Origin: Balanoglossus misakiensis
Taxonomy: Eukaryota; Animalia; Hemichordata
DNA length: 64,000 bases
Reading direction: 5' to 3'
Assembly (NCBI GenBank): GCA_040954595.2
Contig: CM082593.2
Span: 528,759 to 592,758 of the forward strand
Position numbers and translations under genes: made by a program
Part shown: one piece after another, positions 15,001 through 25,695 of the stretch
Layout of the letters: the number at the start of each line of letters is the position of its first letter
How positions within the stretch are numbered: position 1 is the first letter of the stretch
Notes under the pieces: model-generated
Seen by the model: the letters and a program-made list of their open reading frames with translations, nothing else
Told to the model about the DNA's origin: nothing
Database searches by the model: none

Positions 15001-15255
15001 TTGGTGGTGTTTTGACAAAAACCATGGGTTATAGCTCATGAAAATCATCCAGAAATGTCAATTTTTCGACTTCGCGAAATTTCAAAATTTGGTGGTGTTT
15101 TGACAAAAACCATGGGTTATAGCTCATGAAAATCATCCAGAAATGTCAATTTTTCGACTTCGCGAAATTTCAAAATTTGGTGGTGTTTTGACAAAAACCA
15201 TGGGTTATAGCTCATGAAAATCATCCAGAAATGTCAATGTTTCGACTTCGCGAAA
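1..15255. repeat. 88-bp satellite DNA tandem array (~173 monomers, truncated by window start)
   Basis: Consensus catgggttatagctcatgaaaatcatccagaaatgtcaatttttcgacttcgcgaaatttcaaaatttggtggtttttcgacaaaaac (88 nt, ~34% GC) repeated head-to-tail without interruption. Variation is mostly homopolymer indels plus clustered substitution variants. Confidence 0.99.
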
Positions 15256-15395
15256 ACCCATGACAAGCGACGACAAAATGACCGAAATTCGCAAAGTCGG
15301 AAATCTGTCATTTTTTGATAAAAATCATGAGCAATAACTCATGAAAAATGTCAAGAAACGACAAAATGACCGAAAATAGCAAAGTCGGAAATCTC
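15256..15395 (-). repeat. Inverted, diverged satellite monomers at the array edge
   Basis: ttcgcaaagtcggaaatctgtcattttttgataaaaatcatgagcaataactcatg aligns with the reverse complement of the monomer (ttcgcgaagtcgaaaaattgacatttctggatgattttcatgagctataacccatg). The segment cgacaaaatgaccgaaa..gcaaagtcggaaatct occurs twice. Confidence 0.8.
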
Positions 15396-15671
15396 CTGCT
15401 GACCGTGGTTGGCCGTAAGAACCATGCTCTTGCTGGCTATTAGCTACAAGCCGACGACCTGACCCTAATAGCTCAATGACCTATTTTACATGCTATGAAT
15501 GTCTTTATGATACGAGATATAGCCATGTGAGCACTAGTGTACGCCCCTGCCTCTACTGTGTTACATTGACACTGTTGCTAGCTGTGAACGAACCAAGGTG
15601 CGCCATCGCTCGGATCGGCCGTCGTGAGCAAGCAGCCTAGTCAACGAAGGGTTTGGGAGTAGTAATAGGGT

Positions 15672-18600
15672 ATGTCTCACTCAAAAGATGAAGAAGAGAA
15701 GAGCGGGGAAAAGACTCCTCTGTTGGTCTCGAAGGGCTCGGTATCTGAACTCGAGGACTCAAGGTCGACAATATCGTCAATAAGCTTACCACCGGAAGAA
15801 AAGTCACGGATAAGGGTTTGGACTGGCGTTTTTGTTGCTGTTGTGGTTGTCGTTATAATCATCGCAGTTTCTGCCATCGTCGCTTTAGCAGTGTTGCAAC
15901 ACGTCAACAGGGTAAGGGACGGAACGTGTCGCTTTCGTGTTGGATGAAAGCGAACGTCTGCTCATTTCGAGGTCAGGTCAGGTCGCCCTTTGTGGCAACC
16001 GTCAAAACCACGCAGCATTTACTAAATATATTGTTTGGTTCTCAATTCTGAGGAGACTGCTTCCTATTTCCGTGGTTCTGTCTGTGGATTGTAACCCCAC
16101 AACCGTGTATTGCTACGACGTGAATGCTGATCGACCTTGAATACACGATCGGAGGTCATCTGCAAACTACTGCGTCAGAGTGACGGGTCGTATCAATGGC
16201 AACCAAACTATAACAGTAATTGTGAATTCTGCCAAGCAGTCAATCGTATTACAAACCGACAATCCAGTCAAAAACATGTATATGCGATCAGGCTTATCGA
16301 AAAAACTCAATCTTGACAGTTATATCTTATATCCATTAATGGATTGTCTCTTAACAAGATGATTTATGGTGTTCTCTGAATTCCCTAATTTGACGTGCAT
16401 TCCAAAAAGATGTTTTTAATTGAGAACAAATAATCGTTTCTTTGAACAGACACACGGTGCTGTGAGCAGCTATGTTGAACAGTGCTCTGAAGTTGGTGCG
16501 GATATTCTCCAGAAGGGCGGACATGCAGTTGACGCTGCCATAGCAACAATGCTGTGTATTGGACTTGTTTCGGCGCAGTCTAGTGGAATTGGCGGGTAAG
16601 GTTGTCGTGGAGATTTTAGTTTATTGATTTTTTTCTGCAGATTTTTTTTGTGATGTTTATTGTTCGGTTTACATGTAAACATCTGGTTATTCAAGTGAAA
16701 ATCTGTGATTGGCCAGATCTGAAGTTTCCTTGGCAATTGTGGTTAACTTGAAGGTGAAAAAAAAAACAATACATAAAGACAAGTCTGATACGTAGCCATT
16801 GTCATTCCCTTCATTGATTTAACTCTAATCTTTCCCTTAACTGACAGAGGTGGTTTCATGCTGATCAAAGATAGAAACTCGTATTCTGCGTTGGATTTCA
16901 GGGAAACAGCGCCACAATCGGCAACTTTTGACATGTTTGCGGAAAATGAAACTCTGGCTGATTTTGTAAGTCGACAGTGAAAACAGTGACTGCATACCTA
17001 CCATACCGTGCAATCATTAACGGTTTGGGAGATCATTCCAAAAAACACCGAGAAAAGTGTCAGTTCCTGTTAAAGATATCAGTTTTAACTTCTGATATTT
17101 TGGTTAAAAAATCAAACACGTTTACATTTCTCAAGACATTTTTGTCACTCTGTACAGTTCATGTTTTTTATCATCCCCGGTCGAAAATAAATCTGGGCTA
17201 TATGCATAAACAAAATAGCTTTATACAAACAGGCTGTGAAAAGTGACTCAGCTGGTTCCGTGGAGTTGAACCAGAAATTCTCGTTGATGATGATTATTAT
17301 ATTCACATTGTCTAGGGTGGCTTAGCAGTGGGAATACCGGGTGAACTTCGGGGAATGTATATGGCTTGGCAGCGATTTGGAAGGTAAGTAAATAGTTATG
17401 TGAAGAAGATTGCAGTGACGTCATACTACTTACTTGTAATCAAACAGACTCCAACCGGCCAATTACAGTGACGTTCTTCGAGTTCTTCAGCCCAGGTTAA
17501 TATGAATCGACTCTGCAGAACATTTGTTTCTTCCCCCAATAAACTGACACATAACTCATTCGTTCGTGCAATGTTTTATTTCAGACTTCCATGGAACGAA
17601 GTAATACAACCCACAATAGATTTAGCAAATGATGGATTTCATGTTACAGGTCATACAGGTAAACGTACAGTTTTTAAAGTGCAAGTAGTACATTGATTTA
17701 GGGCTTGTTAAATGGATATACTCTGCCCTTCGAATTAAAGTTAAAGATTCAATATCATAATATATATTATGTATGTGATACGATATCTCATTCTTTCCCA
17801 GCTAGAAGCGTTGCCGTGGAAATGAACAGAAAACTGGCGTACTCTTCCAAGCTGCGAAACATCTACGCACCTGGCGGAGTTCCGGTGAAAGAAGGCGATG
17901 TTTTGAAACGACCCGACTTAGCCACGGTCTTGGACACGATAGCCGAAGAAGGAATCGACGCCTTCTACAATGGCAGTCTCACGCAAGACATCATAGCAGC
18001 AGTATGTATAGCAGCCATCATTCACTCTCCATGTCGGCTTCTAGCTCACCTCACTGTCTGGATATTACCTGATGGGAGAGGTTTATAACACAATTATTAT
18101 AAGTTACAACTCCTTGACTTGAGCGCGTGATCACGTGGCACAGATGCTATTTTCGGCAATACATATGTACAAAGTGGACCTTATTGATAATTTATAGGTA
18201 GAAAAAACTGGAGGTAATATAACAGCAGAAGACCTTAACAGCTACCGTGCACATTGGAAGGAACCATTACAGACCACTTACCATGGTATGTATTGATTTA
18301 AACGACCTAACAATCTTCTTTTTAACCACATCTAAATAAAATATTTCCGGAACAGATTTTCACAATATCGACTTCAAGTTCGCACACCATATTTGATATC
18401 ATGTAAGAAAGGATATCTGACCCCACTTTAACCAGAAGGATCAATTAAATATTTGTGCCAGCCCTGCCAATAGTCTGTTTTACTTTTATTGCAGATCAAA
18501 CAGTGTATGCGGTCCCGGCACCCTCGGGTGGCCCAGTGTTCCTATCAGTAATTAGCATTCTGGAAGGATATAATCTACAACCAATTGAAATGGACGATTC

Positions 18601-20242
18601 ATTGACATATCACAGAACGATTGAAGTTAGTGCTCATACATTGCTGTGATTGGTCAGTTGAAGTTAGGGCTAATGTGCTCCTCTGTGATTGGTCCGATTT
18701 AGAAGAGCAGTAAATATGACACATTCAAAATTGCTATGAAACGGAATCTTATATTTCTCAGAAAGCATAGTGAAGCAAAACTCATGGCATGCGTGATAAT
18801 TAATTCGGACTTCAACAATATGTCGTCCCTGATTACAATTTATTAATATTGTGCGTACAATTTCTGACAATAGGCGTTAAAATACGGCTTTGCACAAAAG
18901 ACAAGACTTGGAGATCCACATTATGTCTCTGACATTGAAGAGATAACGGAAATAATGCTAAAGTAAGAACATTTCTTCTCGTTTTTTGACGTTTCATATC
19001 AAAATATATTTTTGTTGGTATCAGTCAGATTATTTACGTTGCGGCCAACTGTGTACCTGTTTACCTAACTCTATTTCTACAGCAAAACAATGGCGGATTC
19101 TCTCCGTCTAAAAATACACGACACACGGACGTTTCCACCAGAGCACTATGGTCCATACTTTCCTAAACCTGATCATGGCACATCCCACGTATGCGTAATT
19201 GATTCTGATGACAACATGGTTACTTTCACAAGGTAAGGTGAAGTTTAAGCACCAAATTCCGGTATTTTATACAGACATTTGACGTCTATGCCTGCAAATG
19301 TTTACTTGTCAATATTTACTTCAGCACAGTAGGTGACACGTTTGGGAGTGGCGTGGTCACAGAAAATGGAATACTTTTGAATAATGAGATGGACGATTTC
19401 CAAACAACAATACACTCTGCCAATATGAGTCAGGTGAGTAAGGGTTTCCCAATTATACCACTAAGCATACTGAAATATGTTAATGTGTATCACATCATAT
19501 TCCAGACAATACTGCAACAGCGCGCATATGGCAAAGTCTGAACATCATACAGGAGTCCATATCAGTTTGATTACTCTATATTGATATGTCAATAACCTTG
19601 GCTCTCCCTCCCCTCAGGCTAATATTATAGAACCTGGAAAGCGCCCCCAGTCATCGACAACTCCAGTTATTTCTCACGAGGATATGAAAACTGGGCATGC
19701 GTATATGCTTCTTGGTGGCAGTGGTGGTTGGCGCATTCTCAATGACGTCACTAACGTCTACCTCAACTTGTTTTCGTACGGTTTATCTTTAAAAGACGCC
19801 GTCGACAGACTTCGGGTGCAAGCAAAGCTTTACCCGGATAACGTTGTAGTTTACGAAGGTAAAATGGAAATTGTTTCTCCTCATGTTATATTCAGTCATC
19901 TTTGAACATTTTCTATTGCAAAACAAAGTGTATTAGGATTTAGCAGTATTTGTATAATCCCAGATACATACAGACACTTGCAGTCAGTGATAGAAATGAG
20001 ACGGGATCTGACTACTCTTGGGACTCATTATCTGTATTGTAACTAACAGAGACGTTTGTCATTTTTTTTTCAAACTTGCAGAAGGCCTTCCTGGAGAAAC
20101 GGTCAGTGACCTCCAAGGTAAAGGTCACGTGATGGTGAAAGAGTTGTTAAATAGTGCAGTAATGGTTGCCATGGATAAACACCACGTCATGTCAGCGTAT
20201 TCTGATGAACGAACAAGTGGATCAGGCTATGTTGTATTTTAA
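15672..20242 (+). CDS. Gamma-glutamyl transpeptidase / glutathione hydrolase (GGT1-like), paralog A, type II membrane protein, 13 exons
   Basis: Approximate exons 15672-15911, 16450-16595, 16848-16965, 17316-17383, 17585-17658, 17802-18001, 18198-18285, 18495-18625, 18874-18962, 19083-19232, 19325-19433, 19618-19858, 20082-20242, GT-AG boundaries. Motifs: N-terminal TM helix, GGHAVDAAIA, SSGIGGGGFM, DFRETAP, GIPGELRG, catalytic GTSH, LNNEMDDF, PGKRPQSS, GGSGG. Confidence 0.95.
16692..16750 (+). repeat. Short dispersed repeat, copy 1 (similar copy at 46944-47003)
   Basis: caagtgaaaatctgtgattggccagatctgaagtttccttggcaattgtggttaacttg vs caagtgaaaatctgtgattggttagatctcaactttccatgataactgtgggttaatttg; the first 21 nt are identical. 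Confidence 0.75.
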
Positions 20243-20817
20243 AGAGTCTAGAGAATTCTAGCGGCATTTTAGGCAGTCACCTTTCTGAGCAAAAGACAAT
20301 ACTCAGAGTAGTCTAATGATACAAAACAACTGAGGGATGTCATATAAACAGACATCACAGCGCACTAGCTCCGTCGTTGCAAGCGGATTGTTGACGTTGC
20401 AAAGATTCAACAAATTTGATGAACGCGTCCTATTTATAGACCTTCAGAGCATAGCTTCATTATTTGGTTGCGTGTACTTTTGAATAAAATGACATTGTTT
20501 TATGTGCTCATTTATATATGATTGTCTTGATGAGAACAGAATTGTACACAAAAACTTTGAAAAGTTGACATTTTAAACATAACCAGTAAAAGGATTTATA
20601 AGGTTTACATTTAGTATAAAGTATCGTCGCCAAAGTTGTGGCAAATATACTGAAAAACTGCTTTCCAATCCGTTGACTACAGCACATCAGAGCGCCCTCT
20701 TGCGGTTCGCCTCTTATCGAGATCAGAAACCAGCAGTTCGTGTATCGACATTGATCTTTGATACAAAGTGACCCATTTAACATCGGAACCGAAGTTTGTT
20801 TAATTCAGTGGCCAAAC

Positions 20818-23800
20818 ATGACGGAATCACAAGCTAACGGTAAAGCTTTTTCCGAAAGTTCGCCGTTGTTGCACACGGAGACAGAATCTGGAATCGAGGA
20901 CACATCCAAGTCAGCCTCAACCAAATTGGAGCCGCCTCACATTCACAGGCACAAACGTGTAAAACGAATTACGTACGTGTGCGTGGCGCTTGTGGTCCTG
21001 GTGATTATCGGTGTAATTGTTGCGGTAGTTGTTCTGTCGGCGTTGAGTTCGACGAACTCGGTAAGATTTTAACATAATTCGAACATGTGAATGAAAGGTA
21101 TCTTGGGTGTCCTTTGATACTTAACTAACTGCGCGATGTTGAAAAAGTTTGTTGGCCTGAACAAAAAGTTTGATATTGAAGAGAGTTCTGGCGCATTGCA
21201 CCCCGAAAGACATCATGACATGTCACGTGGCCGTTACTCTCATTAGAAGATTTGAAGAGTAGCGACTCTTGATAAAATGTCTAGGTTAGACACCCCAGCA
21301 CAACATTGTGTATGTCCATTTACCTTTGACACACAACTTTTTTGAAGTGAAGTTGTTCTATCAATAATTGGCTAGAATGTGGAGTTTGTACTTAATAGTT
21401 TGAACTGCCTCGTCTTCTATCAATAACTTAGAGACCCCAGTAAATATGTACTGACCGATCAAATCTATGTCTGCCTGTGTTTTCGTTTAATCATTAGACA
21501 CACGACGCTGTGAGTAGTCACTCTGAACAATGTTCTGAAATTGGTGTTGGTTGTCTAAAGAAGGGTGGTCATGCAGTGGACGCTGCTATAGCTGTCATGT
21601 TGTGTATTGGAGTGGTGACGCCCCAGTTGAGCGGAATCGGAGGGTATGATCATCATCAGACATCGTCAATCTTTGTCGTTTCTAACGCTTTTCCTGCTTT
21701 ACGACAAATCTCTCTGACGTTACAATAATCTGCATTTGATGCGCAAAATACAAACACTGAAAAGAAATCAAAAGTTGGAGATCTATCTATGCCAATTATA
21801 TCGCTCTCTCAAAAGTTTCTTTTTAACCGACAGAGGTGGTTTCATGTTGATCAAAGACAGAAGTTCGTATTATGCGCTGGATTTCAGGGAAACAGCGCCA
21901 CAGTCGGCCACTTTTGACATGTTTGCGGAAAATGCGACTTTAGCAAAATACGTAAGTTATGAAATTTTTCTTGATTTACACGTATTATAATATGCCCAGG
22001 GTTTTTGTAAACTTTTACCCAAACTTTGGTGTCTATTAAAAACTTCCGACGTCTAACTGCAGTATGCCGGACAACTTTCTTTATGCAAAGCTTATTTCAC
22101 TCACTTCCATTTTTATATTTTAGGGTGGTTTAGCTGTGGGGGTGCCGGGAGAACTTCGAGGAATGTATATGGCTTGGCAGCGATTTGGAAGGTGAGGGAT
22201 AGTGAAAAATAAGGGCTGCTTTATTTGAACATGTATCCTGGTTCTATGTTAAGGTGAAGGCAATATCTGCTACGCGTGCTCCTGTTTTTTTACATTCCAG
22301 ACACGATCGTTTCGTCCCTTATCCTCGATGCTATAATGATATTCCTTTTTTACAGACTCCAATGGAAGGAACTGTTTCAGCCTACGATTGATTTTTTGCG
22401 AAATGGATTTGTCGTCTCCGATTACTTGGGTATGGAGTCCAATCAGTTATAGTTTCTAATTAGTCTAGAATCTAGCCAGGCGTTATAATGCCTGAAGCCT
22501 TTCTCAGTACCATCTAGCAGCGCACGCTGGATTTTCAAACATGGAGAAATATCACTAATTGTGGCGCCATTATTGAAGTCAAAGTCAAACAAAATTTCAA
22601 AAGTTGTCGTGTCCCAAAATGTAGAACATTTCCTGCCAGTTAAACTTTGATCTAGCCTCTCACTTTTTTCTGTCTTCAATTTATTTTTCACAGCTCAGGC
22701 AATCTCCGGCCAATTAAATGAAACACTTGCATATTCACCCAAGCTTCGAGACATCTACGCCCCTGGTGGAGTTCCTCTGAGAGAGGGCGATGTTCTGAAA
22801 CGACCCGACTTTGCAAATGTCCTAGAAACCATAGCAACGGAGGGAGTCGACGCATTCTACAGCGGAAGTCTAACCCTGAGTATTATAGATGCTGTACGTA
22901 TCATTGATCTCAGCATTCTAAGCTATAATCGTGGATCTCCAAAAAGACCAGAAATCGACCAGAATGACGTGCACATGGCTGTTGACACTGATTGTGTACA
23001 TGAAAAAGTAAACTAAATTTAACCTTTTAATTACAGGTAGAAAAGGCTGGCGGTAATTTGACAGCAGACGATCTCAAAAATTACCAAGCATATTGGAGGA
23101 AACCTTTGAAGAGCACGTACCACGGTATGTTAAATCGAAATCAAAGGTTGCTAGAGTTTTCACTAAAACAAGATTGGAAAAGAAAATGCCTGAAACTGTA
23201 ACTGTAAAGTTGTCAGCATCCTCGACATTTTAACATTTTGTAAAGACAGCACCTTCTAGTAACTTCTTATTTCACTGATATTGCAGATCAAACTGTGTAT
23301 ACAGTCCCCGCGCCATCAGGCGGACCAGTGTTCTTATCGATAATTAATATTCTTGAAGGATATAATCTGCAGCGAACGGCAATGGACGATTCGTTGACAT
23401 ATCACAGAACTATTGAGGTATGTGACACGCATTGTGATTGGTCGAATACATGAATATGACACGTGAAAACCAATAGACGTAAGGTTTATCAATATACCCA
23501 GTAAAGTCGCCCCTGATGATGTATCGTTAATTTGCCTTGACTGCAATACACACAATTTTAAAGCCGATAATTCCACTGTTATTAACATTGACTAATGGAT
23601 ATTTTTGTTTTAGGCCCTAAAGTTTGGTTTCGCCCAGAAGACGAGACTTGGCGACCCGGATTACGTCACTGATGTTGAAGAACTCACCAAGATAATGCTT
23701 GAGTAAGACTAATCATATTATGTCTCTGTTTTCTTCTAATGTACAGTCTGTGGTCGATTTTTTTCCTTCGAGCCTTCTAACGCTCGTCCAAAATCTTTCA

Positions 23801-24915
23801 TGTACTGAAACAATCATGTACTTTACTGTCGTGTTTTCTCGAATAGCAAAACCGAAGCGGAATCTCTTCGTCAAAGGATAAACGATACACATACATTTCC
23901 TCCAGAATACTATGGTCCCTACTTCCCCAAACCGGACCATGGTACATCACATATATCTGTTATCGACTCCAGTGAAAACATGGTATCTTTCACAAGGTAC
24001 AGTTTCCTTCAGATTTAATTTGAATTCTACTTTCTAGCACGTTTAAATTGAGATGTTTTACACACACACGGACGAAACGTTGTTTGTTTAATATCTGTAC
24101 GAATTTCTTTGCAGCACAATAAACACCAACTTCGGGAGTGGAGTGATGACAGATAATGGAATTCTCCTAAATGACGAGATGTCTGACTTCACCTGGTCTT
24201 CGGTTAACAGCACTGTCAATCTAAGCCAGGTATGTCACATACAATGACGTATTTTTCTCTCCATCCCTCTTTCCTTCCCTGCCTCACCGTTCTCTCTGTC
24301 TCCTCCTCTCCCTTGCGCGCGCGCTCTCTCTCTCTGATACTATGAAACTGGCTATCATGGGCCTCTAACGTTCTGTTTCTGTCCCTATGTGCATGTATCT
24401 ACCAAAGGCTAACATTATAGAACCGGGAAAGCGCCCCCAGTCATCTACAACCCAGGTTATATCTCACACGGGTGAAATTTTTGCTGTTCTCGGCGGCAGT
24501 GGAGGTTGGCGCATCTTACCCGACGTGACCCAAGTTTACCTCAACTTGGTTTCTTACAATTTGCCTTTAAAAGAAGCTGTGGAGAGACTGCGTGTCAGGA
24601 CAAAATTGTACCCAAACACAGTGGAGTACGAGGGTAAATATTAAACTGAATATTATTCGGATAAGCCTCCATAAAATTATGCTATTTTGCATTTCAACGA
24701 TTGGAAACTCATTGTCATTATTCTGTGTTGTTGTTTTATCTGTACACACAGTTGGCATTTCCAGAAACACGATCCTCGACCTCGAAGAAATGGGTCACGT
24801 GATGATCCCAATGACAACCAATGTAGGTGGCGTTATGGTTGCCATGGATGCCGAGAAAGAGATGTCAGCCTACTCTGATCCCAGACTACCAGACTCAGGT
24901 TATTTAGTGTTTTGA
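20818..24915 (+). CDS. Gamma-glutamyl transpeptidase / glutathione hydrolase (GGT1-like), paralog B (tandem duplicate), 13 exons
   Basis: Same exon architecture as paralog A (first exon 20818-21060, last ~24752-24915). Motifs GGHAVDAAIA, DFRETAP, GVPGELRG, GTSH, STINTNFGS, LNDEMSDF, PGKRPQSS, GGSGG, SDPR. Confidence 0.95.
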
Positions 24916-25695
24916 AAAAAATGGCTGTTCATACTTGGTCGCGTCTGCATTTGACGCCCTCCAGCGACAGATGCAACCAATGGACATACCACTGTACCTA
25001 CTGGTACCAGATCTTCAAGACATGGGTTACTGGTTGCATAGCGACTTGGAAATCGAACCAAGGATTGTGGGACATTTTTGAAATTGAATTATAATTGTTC
25101 TGTCGATGACAATTGATCATATTTGTTCTTTCTTCGTCGAAACGTAAGAGAAGACTGATTCAAATGAGAAGAATCATATGAGACAGATTCATCACAAAGT
25201 GGATTACAAATAAAAGTTAGATGATAAAAAAGTGAAGCAAAAATTGCGTGTTTTTGTTTTGTACCCCTACTAGTATTGCATGCGCCACGGTTAATATTTT
25301 TCAGAACTGTCCAAATGCAACACTATGTTACCTGTCTTTCCACGGTAATATTTAAAGCTATACAAGGCTACATTTTACTGCAAGCACCAATATTTAAAAC
25401 CCTGAACTTCAATCCTTAACTCTCTCACATGTCTAACCCACTACACACCATTTAAAATAAAGCGCTACCACCATGATACGGCGAGCACGTTCATTTAATT
25501 TCATAGTGACCTCATCGTGTCATGGGTCATGGCTTTCCCAGCCCCTTTCCCAAGAAGAAACGGAAATATGCGCGTTAGCGGTTGATGAAAATAAACATGT
25601 GACTTGTGAGTAGCTCCATTTGCATCTTGGTTCACGGCACGGGAAGGAGTCGGCTGCAGCTGGACGGGCGAAACTGTCAGTCAGAATCGATCAGA

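Noticed and set aside
1-15255. CRISPR-like array or CENP-B box in the repeat
   Set aside because: No unique spacers between units, eukaryotic context, no cas genes. TTCG is present but the remaining CENP-B box positions (A..CGGG) are not.
15672-24915. Possibility that one GGT copy is a pseudogene
   Set aside because: The exons read in both copies are open, with matching phases, intact splice sites and the catalytic Thr.
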